Below, piece by piece: positions 1-8,058 of a stretch of 64,000 nucleotides of DNA. The notes beneath the pieces are model-generated. The model was not told the DNA's origin. It saw only the letters and a list, made by a program, of their open reading frames with translations, and searched no databases. Both the position numbers and the translations under genes were made by a program. Every line of letters starts with the position of its first letter. The first letter of the stretch is position 1. Source of the DNA: an uncultured Chloroflexia bacterium (GTDB taxonomy: Bacteria > Chloroflexota > Limnocylindria > Limnocylindrales > CSP1-4); assembly GCA_963734535.1 (NCBI GenBank), contig CAVTHS010000010.1, positions 224,001 to 288,000 of the forward strand, read 5' to 3'.

Positions 1-16
1 GCGCAACCAGGTCTAC

Positions 17-751
17 GTGTTCTCGGAGCCCAACGACGATGCCCGCATCCCCCGCGCGCCGATCTCCAGCGACGGCAGGGCGCGTGCGTCCGACGTCGCG
101 CAGCTCGCGCGCCTGGCTGCCGAGCAGGCCCTCATCACGACCCTCACCCCCTATCCGAACCATCGGGGGCACGCCTCGGCGCTGATCGCCACGCTGTCGG
201 TCGGGATGGCCCGCCGCCTGGGTCTGCCCGACGCGGAGGTCGACCGCGTCCGCCTCGCAGCCCTGCTCCACGACGTCGGCAAGCTGGCGCTTCCCGAGGA
301 GATCCTCGAGAAGCCGTCCGCCCTCACCGCCGTGGAATGGCAATCCGTCGTCCAGCACCCGCGCATCGGCCAGGTGATCCTGGAACAGGCGTCCGTGCTC
401 CGTGACGCGGTGCCGATCGTGCTCCACCATCACGAGCGATTCGGTGGGCACGGCTATCCCTACGGGCTGCGTGGGCTCGAGATCCCCCTCGGGGCGCGGA
501 TCGTGGCCCTCGCGGATGCCTACGACGCGATGACCGCGGACCGCCCGTACAAGCGCGCGATGTCCCACGCGCAGGCGATCCGCGAGATCCAGCGCCACGC
601 GGGAACACAGTTCGATCCCGACGTGGTCACGGTATTCTGCGATCTCTACTCGGCGGAGCGGCCGGTCGCGGACCTCGCGATCGTCCGAGGGATCATGGCG
701 CCGACGCCATCCGCACGCCGGGCCGGCCATCCGATCCACGCCGCGAGCTGA
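17..751 (+). CDS. HD-GYP domain protein (c-di-GMP phosphodiesterase-like), probably 5'-truncated by the window edge
   Basis: Motifs LLHDVGK, HHERFGGHGYPYGL, ADAYDAMTADRPYK and GTQFDP; the frame is open to the window start. Confidence 0.9.
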   Translation: MFSEPNDDARIPRAPISSDGRARASDVAQLARLAAEQALITTLTPYPNHRGHASALIATLSVGMARRLGLPDAEVDRVRLAALLHDVGKLALPEEILEKPSALTAVEWQSVVQHPRIGQVILEQASVLRDAVPIVLHHHERFGGHGYPYGLRGLEIPLGARIVALADAYDAMTADRPYKRAMSHAQAIREIQRHAGTQFDPDVVTVFCDLYSAERPVADLAIVRGIMAPTPSARRAGHPIHAAS

Positions 752-999
752 CAGGACGGACCCAGGCCCGTGCCGTCCGGGGAGTGGCGTCCCCCGGGTT
801 GAGCCGCGCGCCGCGTCCCCGGGCCGATAAGGGAGCGTGCAGCGCCGGGTGCGCTCCGGGTGATCGGCGCCTGCGAGGATGCGCGTCACGGCGGGCCCGA
901 CCGATCGTCCATCCGGACCCGCCGCCCGCCCGTCGAGTCGCCCGCCGCGCGAACGCAGGGCCGGACCGCGGAATCGGCCGGCCAGGAGGGATCGGATCG

Positions 1000-1464
1000 A
1001 TGAACAAGGTTCTGCTCACCGGACGTCTCACGCGCGACCCTGAGCTGCGCGTGCTCGCGAGCGGCAAGAACGTCACGACGTTCTCCGTCGCGACGAACGA
1101 GTACGTCGGCAACGGCAAGGAGAAGGCAGAGTTCCACTCCGTGGTCACGTGGGACCGGCTCGCCGACATCTGTGCCAGCTACCTCGGCAAGGGCATGACC
1201 GTCGCCCTCGAGGGCCGCATCCAGACCCGGCAGTGGGATGACGATCGCGGCACGCATCATTGGAAGACCGAGATCGTGGCGAACGCCGTGGAGATGCTCT
1301 CCGGCCGGCGGAAGAAGGACTACGCGGCGGACGCGCTCGCCGTCCAGGCGAACGGGCTCGGCGTCCAGCCGGCCGGCCAGGCCGACGACGACGAGGACGA
1401 CGACGCGGAGCCGAGCGTCGCACCCGGCGATCCTGAGCCCGAGGCGGCCGTCCTCGTCGCCTGA
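1000..1464 (+). CDS. ssb: Single-stranded DNA-binding protein
   Basis: MNKVLLTGRLTRDPELR...FSVATN...EGRIQTRQW...TEIVA OB-fold; AGGAGG RBS at ~984-989; acidic tail without the DDIPF tip. Confidence 0.92.
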   Translation: MNKVLLTGRLTRDPELRVLASGKNVTTFSVATNEYVGNGKEKAEFHSVVTWDRLADICASYLGKGMTVALEGRIQTRQWDDDRGTHHWKTEIVANAVEMLSGRRKKDYAADALAVQANGLGVQPAGQADDDEDDDAEPSVAPGDPEPEAAVLVA

Positions 1465-1480
1465 CCGAGCACGCTCCGGC

Positions 1481-1520
1481 CGCGACGGGCGCCGTCCTCC
1501 CCTCCGGCGCCCGTCGCGTT
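1481..1520 (+). terminator. Stem-loop after ssb (likely intrinsic terminator)
   Basis: 14-bp perfect inverted repeat CGCGACGGGCGCCG / CGGCGCCCGTCGCG followed by TT. Confidence 0.6.
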
Positions 1521-1649
1521 GCCACTCGCGGGAGACACGCGCTGCCACGGTCGGCCGTGCCGGCCGCAGGATCCATCCGGGACTGTCGGACGGATGAGCA
1601 GCCGCTGAATAGCCTCCATTTCTTGACAGCCTCAGTAAGGTGAGTCCTC

Positions 1650-1775
1650 ATGGAACTCCTGAGCGCCGGGGGCTGGGAGCTCTTCCTGCTGGCCCTCGTT
1701 GGCGTCACTGCCCTCGCGACACTCGCCGGGATCGGCGTCGGAGTCATCCTCAAGAGCCGAGGACCACTGGCCTAG
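1650..1775 (+). CDS. Small single-pass membrane protein, 41 aa (MELLSAGGWELFLLALVGVTALATLAGIGVGVILKSRGPLA)
   Basis: Read by hand (below the ORF-track cutoff); AAGGTGAG SD-like or TAAGGT -10-like element upstream; one hydrophobic helix followed by K/R; GC-rich third codon positions. Confidence 0.6.
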   Translation: MELLSAGGWELFLLALVGVTALATLAGIGVGVILKSRGPLA

Positions 1776-1823
1776 CATCGGCATCGACTGTCGGCGTCGC
1801 GTGCGTCGTGGCGGAATCGGGTA

Positions 1824-1832
1824 TGGTATGGT
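1824..1832 (+). promoter_or_regulatory. Extended -10 promoter element (TG-n-TATGGT)
   Basis: TGGTATGGT lies 6 nt before the first base of a long predicted RNA stem at 1839. Confidence 0.5.
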
Positions 1833-1838
1833 GGCGAC

Positions 1839-2000
1839 GGCCAGGTCTTCACGATCAAACGGCTGACCACCGGCGTGACCGCAGAAAGGGCGATGGGCCA
1901 ACCAAAAGGATGGCGGCACGGCAGGCGTAGGAGAGACTTCTTCTACCGTGGTGGTGCTGGGAGGTCCATTGCTGTCGGACGTGCATCACGGGGACCGGCT
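1839..2000 (+). ncRNA. Candidate structured non-coding RNA (~160 nt, family unassigned)
   Basis: 5'/3' closing stem 1839-1855 with 1985-2000; inner helix 1890-1899 with 1963-1972; apical hairpin GTAGGAGA/TCTTCTAC; the G-U pairs form only on the + strand; no credible ORF. Confidence 0.5.
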
Positions 2001-2068
2001 CGGCTGCGCACAGCGGGCAGTCATCGTCGCACCCCGCGGGCCGTGCAGCCCCGGAGCGATCCGGGTCC

Positions 2069-2986
2069 CTATTCGACGGATCCGGCGTCCGGCGCGTCGT
2101 ACAGGCGCCGTCGCGGCAGCCCTGTCGCGGCGGCCACCCGGCGCGCCGCCTCGCCCCGGGCGAGGCCGCCGGCCACGAGGCGGGTCACCTCGACTCTTGC
2201 TGCCCTGACCTCCTCCGGGATTCCCTCCGTGGCGATGGTGCCCGCCGGCTGCCCCGAGCCAACCGGTCGCGGCCGCTCGGCCGGCCGCTGGCCGATCACG
2301 ATGACGATCTCGCCGCGCCCATCGATCCGGCCAGCCGCGGCAGTCTCGGACAGGGAGCCGAGGCTGCCCCGCAGGGTCTCCTCGTGGAGCTTGGTGAGCT
2401 CGCGACAGACCGCTGCCGGTCGATCGGCGCCGCAGGTGGCAGCCAGATCGGTCAGGGTCGCCGCGAGACGGCCGGGAGCCTCGAAGAGCACGGCAGTGCG
2501 CTCGTCCGCGGCCAGCCGGTCGAGCCGCTCGCGCCGTTCGCGCCCGCGTCGCGGGAGGAAGCCCTCGAAGCTCCAGCGCGGCCCCGCGATCCCCGATGCC
2601 ACCAACCCGGCAAGGACGGCCGACGCCCCCGGGATCGGGATGACGCGGCCGCCGTCGGCCGCCCAGGCCGCGACGAGGCCGGCGCCCGGGTCCGAGACGA
2701 GCGGCGTGCCCGCGTCGGTGACGAGCGCAAGGTCGCGCCCCGCCTGCAGGTGCGCCAGGAGCCCGGGGATCGTCGCCTCCTCGTTGCGGGCGTGGTGCGG
2801 CACGAGGTGGGTGGTGATCCCGTGGCGAGCGAAGAGGCGGCGCGTGATGCGGGTGTCCTCCGCTGCGACGAGCGGCACCGCCCGGAGGACCTCGAGCGAT
2901 CGCAGGGTCACGTCGCCGAGGTTGCCGATCGGCGTCGCGACAACATAGAGCATGCCCCGCCCGCCCCCGGGAACACCTGCGCCCAC
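2069..2986 (-). CDS. rsmI: 16S rRNA (cytidine1402-2'-O)-methyltransferase
   Basis: LYVVATPIGNLGD, AAEDTR, VTDAGTPLVSDPG, FEGFLP, RELTKLHEE; GTG start after GGAGG (alternative ATG at 2953). Confidence 0.95.
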   Translation of the reverse strand: MGAGVPGGGRGMLYVVATPIGNLGDVTLRSLEVLRAVPLVAAEDTRITRRLFARHGITTHLVPHHARNEEATIPGLLAHLQAGRDLALVTDAGTPLVSDPGAGLVAAWAADGGRVIPIPGASAVLAGLVASGIAGPRWSFEGFLPRRGRERRERLDRLAADERTAVLFEAPGRLAATLTDLAATCGADRPAAVCRELTKLHEETLRGSLGSLSETAAAGRIDGRGEIVIVIGQRPAERPRPVGSGQPAGTIATEGIPEEVRAARVEVTRLVAGGLARGEAARRVAAATGLPRRRLYDAPDAGSVE

Positions 2987-3051
2987 GGCGGCCTCGACCT
3001 CCTGGCCGGTGGCGCGACGTCCCGCGCGTCCCGGCCGGTCCGCGTCCGGGC

Positions 3052-3963
3052 TCACTGCCGCGCCGAGCCGGGCCTGCGGCGCGGGTAGAGGTAGTCGACG
3101 CCCGGCGTCCGGGGCCCCAGCTTCGCGACGGGTGGGACCTGGCGCTTGAACTCGGATGTCGCGACCATCCGCCCGATCCGATCGACGAGGGCCGGCTCGA
3201 ACCCCATCGTCGCGAGCTCCTCGTCGTTCCGGCGCTTGTCGATCATCCAGTAGAGCAGCCGATCGAGCAACGGGTAGCTGAAGCCCGCCTCGGCCTCGTC
3301 CGTCTGGCCGGGCCACAGATCCGCCGAGGGCGCCTTGCGGATGATCGCGTCGGGAACCCCGATCGCGACGGAGAGCTGTCGCACCTGGCTCTTGTAGAGG
3401 TCCCCGATCGGGTTGAACGCGCATGCGCTGTCGCCGAACAGCGTCGTGTAGCCGATCAGCGTCTCCGTCTTGTTGCCGGTCCCGACGACCAGGCCCCGCC
3501 ACGTGACCGACCGGTCGTACAGCACGAGCATCCTCGCCCGCGCCATCGCGTTCCCCCGCCGGAGAGGCGAGGCCTCGAGGGCATCCGGTCCGCCCGTGCC
3601 CGGTACTCCGTCGTGCCCGAAGTACCCATCCACGAGCGGCGTGATCTCGATGAGCTCGCTGGCACAGCCGAGCCTCCGGACGACCTCCTCGGCGTCGCCC
3701 CGCGACGCGGGCGAGGACGCCCGGTACGGGAGCAGCACGCACAGCAGCCGGTCCGCCCCGATCGCCTCGGCGACGAGAAACGCGACGAGCGCCGAGTCGA
3801 TTCCGCCCGAGAGCCCGACGACCGCCCGCTCGAAGCCCGCCTGCCGGAGCTGCGCACGGACGAAGGCCGTGATCACGCGACGCGCGACGCCGGTATCGAT
3901 CGCGAGCTCCGCGGGGAGCTCGAACAGCGGGGGCATCGGGTCACCCGGCTGGGCCGGTGCCAT
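3052..3963 (-). CDS. nadE: NAD+ synthetase (synthetase subunit)
   Basis: GLSGGIDS, NAMARARM, GTGNKTE, GYTTLFGD, PIGDLYK, KAPSADLW. Confidence 0.95.
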   Translation of the reverse strand: MAPAQPGDPMPPLFELPAELAIDTGVARRVITAFVRAQLRQAGFERAVVGLSGGIDSALVAFLVAEAIGADRLLCVLLPYRASSPASRGDAEEVVRRLGCASELIEITPLVDGYFGHDGVPGTGGPDALEASPLRRGNAMARARMLVLYDRSVTWRGLVVGTGNKTETLIGYTTLFGDSACAFNPIGDLYKSQVRQLSVAIGVPDAIIRKAPSADLWPGQTDEAEAGFSYPLLDRLLYWMIDKRRNDEELATMGFEPALVDRIGRMVATSEFKRQVPPVAKLGPRTPGVDYLYPRRRPGSARQ

Positions 3964-3976
3964 CAGGCTTCGACCC

Positions 3977-4876
3977 TCATCGCGCGGCTGGGGCGGTGGT
4001 GCCGTCCTCGGCGAGGCCGGCCCGTTCGGCGACGATTCGGCCGAGCTCGCGCACGAGCAGCTCCGGCCGCTCGTCGCGCAGGAGCGGCAGGCCGATCCGC
4101 TCGCGTCGGATGCCGGCCAGCTCGACGTCGGCGAGGACGAGCGCCTCCTCGTAGAGCGGCGCTTCGACGATCACGTCCCCGGTCGGACCCAGGACCATCG
4201 AGCCGCCCCAGAACGAGACCGACTCGTCCACCCCGACCCGGTTGCAGAAGACGACGACGCTCGTCGTGAGCTGGGCGTAGGTGCGCAGGAGCGTTCGCCA
4301 GGAGACCGCGGTCCCGAGGCCGCCGGCGTTCACGGCCGCGACATCACGGCCAGGCGACGACGCCACGTTGACCAGGACCTGGGCGCCGTCGAGCGCAAGG
4401 AGCACGGGCACCCCGAGGTGCCAGAAGTCCTCGCAGATCGCGAGCCCGATGCCGACCCCGAGGCGCGACGGCGACGCTCGCAGCGCATCGCCCGCCGCGA
4501 AGAAGCGCCGCTCGTCGAAGAGCCCGTAGGTCGGCAGGTACAGCTTGCGCTGGACGTGGCGGACGGCGCCATCCTCGAGGAGCGCGGCGGCGATGAAGAG
4601 CCGGTGGTCGGTCGACTCCTCGACGAAGCTCACGACCGCGGAGCATCCGGCCGTCTCCGAGGCGAGCGCCATGAGGCGCGGATCGTCGACCGCCATCGCG
4701 ACCTCCGCTGCAAGGTCCTGCAGGTGGTAGCCCGTCAGGCCCAGCTCGGGGAAGACGACGAGCCCGGCCCCGGCGGCGCGCGCCTCGATGAGCAGCTCGC
4801 GGTGACGGGCGAGATTCGCGTCGAGGAGACCGAGCTCCGGCGCGAGCTGGGCGAGGGCGATTCGAAGCGACTGCAC
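3977..4876 (-). CDS. Carbon-nitrogen hydrolase (nitrilase family); probable glutaminase partner of NadE
   Basis: Catalytic E (FPELGLTGY), K (RKLYLPTYGLFDERRFF) and C (AICEDFW); directly upstream of nadE. Confidence 0.88.
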   Translation of the reverse strand: MQSLRIALAQLAPELGLLDANLARHRELLIEARAAGAGLVVFPELGLTGYHLQDLAAEVAMAVDDPRLMALASETAGCSAVVSFVEESTDHRLFIAAALLEDGAVRHVQRKLYLPTYGLFDERRFFAAGDALRASPSRLGVGIGLAICEDFWHLGVPVLLALDGAQVLVNVASSPGRDVAAVNAGGLGTAVSWRTLLRTYAQLTTSVVVFCNRVGVDESVSFWGGSMVLGPTGDVIVEAPLYEEALVLADVELAGIRRERIGLPLLRDERPELLVRELGRIVAERAGLAEDGTTAPAAR

Positions 4877-5119
4877 GTCCCGAGTCTACCGCCGGCGGGT
4901 GGCGGCAAAGGTGCGCGGGAGCACCCGGCGCCCCGGTCCCGGTGCAGTCAGGCGGGCCGGCCGGCCCGGCCGCGCGATGAACTGGCGGATCGCGGCCTGC
5001 CGGTGCTAGGCTTCGGCGATCTCGGCTCGCGGCGGCTCGCCCGAGCCCAGGGTTTCTGCGCCCGTGCCGTCATGGATTCGACGGCCGACGGGCCGCACTG
5101 AGGAGGAGAAGGAGGGAGC

Positions 5120-6880
5120 ATGTCCCGAACCCCGAGGCGATCGCCGCTGCTCGCGCTGCTGGCGGCGGCCGGGATCCTCGTCGCCGCCTGTGGCGGCGCG
5201 GCAACGCCATCCCCGGCCGCGTCTGCGGCCGCATCCGCCGCCGCATCCACGGCCGCGTCCGTGGCGCCGTCCGCCGCCCCGAGCGCCGAGGCATTCACGC
5301 CGATGGTGTATCCGAGCACGGGCACCGTCGACTGCACGGCCAAGACGTTCGACGGCAAGGCCTACAACGGCGAGATCAAGGCCATCAAGGCCCTCGACGC
5401 GAAGACGGTCGAGTTCGACCTCTGCGTGCCGGATGTCGCGTTCCTCTCGAAGGTCGCGTTCAGCTCGTTCGCGATCAATGACACGGCCTACCTCGCCGCG
5501 CACGTGCCGGACGGCTCGATCGTCCAGCAGCCGAACGGCACCGGGCCGTACATGCTCAAGGAGTGGGTGAAGGGCGACCACATCACGCTCGTTGCCAATC
5601 CCAACTGGACCGGCACGCCGCCCATGTCCCCGACCGTCGTGGTCAAGTGGAGCGCCGAGGCAGCCCAGCGGCTCGTCGAGCTCCAGTCCGGCAACGTGGA
5701 CGGGATCGACAACGTCGGTACCACCGACTTCGCGACGGTCTCGGCCGATCCGACGCTCAAGCTCTACCCGCGCGAGGGCCTCAACACCCTCTACCTCGGC
5801 ATGAACGTCGCCGACAAGCCGTGGGACAACGAGAAGGTCCGCCAGGCCATCGCCATGGGGATCGACCGCGCCCAGATCGTCAAGAACTTCTACCCGGGCG
5901 GCTCGACGGTCGCCGACTACTTCACGCCGTGCGCGATCCCGAACGGGTGCGTCGGCGATCCCTGGTATACGTTCGACCCGGTTGCCGCCAAGAAGCTGCT
6001 CGCTGAAGCCGGCTTCCCGAATGGCTTCACCACCAAGGTCCAGCTGCGTGACGCGGTCCGCGGGTACCTGCCGCAGCCGAAGATCATCGCGCAGGAGATC
6101 CAGTCCCAGCTCAAGAAGAACCTCAACATCACCGCGACGATCGACGTCCAGGAGTCGACGACCTACATCGACAACTCCGACGCGGGCAAGCTCGACGGCC
6201 TCTTCCTCCTGGGCTGGGGCGTCGACTATCCCGACCAGACGGACTTCGTCGACTATCACTTCGCCGGCGGCACCAAGGCCTTCGGGCCCCTCTTCCCCGA
6301 CCTCGTCGCCGCCATCAAGAAGGCCGCCCAGGGTGCCTCCGATGCAGCCCGGCAGCCCGACTACGTGACGGTCAACAACATCATCAAGCAGCACGTTCCG
6401 ATGGTCCCGATCGCGCACGGCGGTTCGGCCACGGCGTTCCGGGCTGACGTCGAGGGCGCGCACAGCTCCCCGCTGACGAGCGAGGTCTTCGCCGTCATGA
6501 AGCCGGGCGACCGCTCCCAGCTCGTGTTCTCCCAGAATGCCGAGCCCGGTGGGCTCTACTGCGCCGATGAGAGCGACGGCGAGTCGCTCCGCGTCTGCGA
6601 GCAGATCACCCAGGGCCTCTACGGTTACAAGGTTGCCGGCACGGCCGTCGAGCCTGCGCTCGCGAAGCAGTGCACGCCGAGTGCCGACCTCATGACCTGG
6701 ACGTGCGACCTCCAGGAGAACGTCAAGTTCGCCGATGGCTCCACCTTCGATGCGAACGACGTGGTCCTGAGCTTCGCCGTCCAGTGGGATGCCGCCAATC
6801 CGCTCCACAAGGGACGGACCAGCGACTTCTCGTACTGGGCCGGCCTCTTCGGTGGCTTCCTGAACCCACCCGCCCAGTAG
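5120..6880 (+). CDS. Peptide ABC transporter solute-binding lipoprotein (family 5, DppA/OppA-like), apparently circularly permuted
   Basis: Lipobox LVAAC; PNGTGPY, VRQAIAMGIDR, AKKLLAEAG; the family-5 signature block sits at the C-terminus; strong RBS. Confidence 0.92.
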   Translation: MSRTPRRSPLLALLAAAGILVAACGGAATPSPAASAAASAAASTAASVAPSAAPSAEAFTPMVYPSTGTVDCTAKTFDGKAYNGEIKAIKALDAKTVEFDLCVPDVAFLSKVAFSSFAINDTAYLAAHVPDGSIVQQPNGTGPYMLKEWVKGDHITLVANPNWTGTPPMSPTVVVKWSAEAAQRLVELQSGNVDGIDNVGTTDFATVSADPTLKLYPREGLNTLYLGMNVADKPWDNEKVRQAIAMGIDRAQIVKNFYPGGSTVADYFTPCAIPNGCVGDPWYTFDPVAAKKLLAEAGFPNGFTTKVQLRDAVRGYLPQPKIIAQEIQSQLKKNLNITATIDVQESTTYIDNSDAGKLDGLFLLGWGVDYPDQTDFVDYHFAGGTKAFGPLFPDLVAAIKKAAQGASDAARQPDYVTVNNIIKQHVPMVPIAHGGSATAFRADVEGAHSSPLTSEVFAVMKPGDRSQLVFSQNAEPGGLYCADESDGESLRVCEQITQGLYGYKVAGTAVEPALAKQCTPSADLMTWTCDLQENVKFADGSTFDANDVVLSFAVQWDAANPLHKGRTSDFSYWAGLFGGFLNPPAQ

Positions 6881-6899
6881 CCAATCCCGACCCGGCAAC

Positions 6900-6935
6900 C
6901 GACCGAGGGGCGCCCATCACGGCGCCCCTCGGTCG
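6900..6935 (+). terminator. Intergenic stem-loop after SBP gene (attenuator or mRNA stabiliser)
   Basis: CGACCGAGGGGCGCC-catcac-GGCGCCCCTCGGTCG perfect inverted repeat. Confidence 0.65.
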
Positions 6936-6971
6936 CATCCATCCCCGAAGCCAGGGGCACGTGAACACCCT

Positions 6972-8048
6972 GTGACGCGCTTCATCATCCGACGCCTCCT
7001 CATGAGCATCCCGGTGCTCCTGGGGGTCGTCATCCTCGTCTTCATCCTCGCCCGCATCATCCCGGGCGACCCGTGCCGGGCCGCGCTCGGCGAGCGGGCG
7101 ACGGACGCGATCTGCAACGCGTTCAACGTGCGCTACGGCCTGGACCAGCCGATCCCGATCCAATTCCTGACGTACATCGGGAACGTCGCCACGGGTGACC
7201 TCGGTGATTCGATCAGGTTCGGGCGACCGGTCTCCCAGATCCTCGTGGAACGGCTCCCCGTCACGCTGGAGCTGACCGTCTATGCGCTGATCTTTGCCGC
7301 GATCTTCGGGATCCTCCTCGGCCGACTCTCGGCGGTCCGCCGCAACTCGCCGATCGACGTCGCCACCATGGTCGTCGCAAACCTCGGCGTCTCGATCCCG
7401 GTCTTCGTCCTGGGCCTGATCTTCGCCTACCTCTTCGCGGTGGTTCTCAAGGGGACGCCTCTCGCGCTGCCGCCGTCGGGGCGCCTGACGCCGGGCGTGG
7501 ACGTCGTCCCCCTCGCGAAGGCCTGGGGACTCACCGCCCTCGGCGGACCGCCCCGGGTGGTGCTCGACTTCGTCTCGAACATCAACACCCTGAACGCGGT
7601 CCTGACCCTGAACGGGAGCCTGCTCGTCGACACGCTGCGGCACATGATCCTTCCCGCCGTCGCCCTCGGCACGATCCCGATGGCGATCATCGCCCGGATG
7701 ACCCGTTCCAGCCTGCTCGACGTCCTGGGCCTCGACTACATCCGGACGGCGCGGGCCAAAGGGGTCCGGGAACGGGATGTCGTCGCCAGGCACGGGATGC
7801 GCAACGCGCTCCTGCCCGTCGTGACCGTGATCGGGCTCTCGCTCGGCGGGCTCCTGTCCGGCGCCGTCCTCACGGAGACGATCTTCAACCTGGCGGGGAT
7901 CGGCCGGACGATCACGGAGGCGATCCAGGGCCGGGACTACATCATCATCCAGGGCGTGGTGATCATCGTCGCGATCATCTACATCGTCGTGAACCTGGTC
8001 GTGGACATCTCGTACGCGCTCCTGGATCCGCGGATCCGACTGACGTGA
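6972..8048 (+). CDS. dppB: Peptide ABC permease (DppB/OppB-like)
   Basis: FIIRRLL...IPGDP, YGLDQP, DYIRTARAKG (EAA loop), LLDPRIR. Confidence 0.93.
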   Translation: MTRFIIRRLLMSIPVLLGVVILVFILARIIPGDPCRAALGERATDAICNAFNVRYGLDQPIPIQFLTYIGNVATGDLGDSIRFGRPVSQILVERLPVTLELTVYALIFAAIFGILLGRLSAVRRNSPIDVATMVVANLGVSIPVFVLGLIFAYLFAVVLKGTPLALPPSGRLTPGVDVVPLAKAWGLTALGGPPRVVLDFVSNINTLNAVLTLNGSLLVDTLRHMILPAVALGTIPMAIIARMTRSSLLDVLGLDYIRTARAKGVRERDVVARHGMRNALLPVVTVIGLSLGGLLSGAVLTETIFNLAGIGRTITEAIQGRDYIIIQGVVIIVAIIYIVVNLVVDISYALLDPRIRLT

Positions 8049-8058
8049 GCTCCGGCCG

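Noticed and set aside
823-830. Sigma28-like -10 box GCCGATAA upstream of ssb
   Set aside because: No TAAA-like -35 at the required spacing; one 8-mer is insufficient.
1623-1628. Perfect TTGACA -35 before the small membrane ORF
   Set aside because: No -10 hexamer 16-18 nt downstream; TAAGGT is only 7 nt away.
1875-2948. + strand 357-aa ORF overlapping the ncRNA candidate
   Set aside because: Mostly antisense to rsmI, Arg/Ser/Pro-rich, with no recognisable domain.
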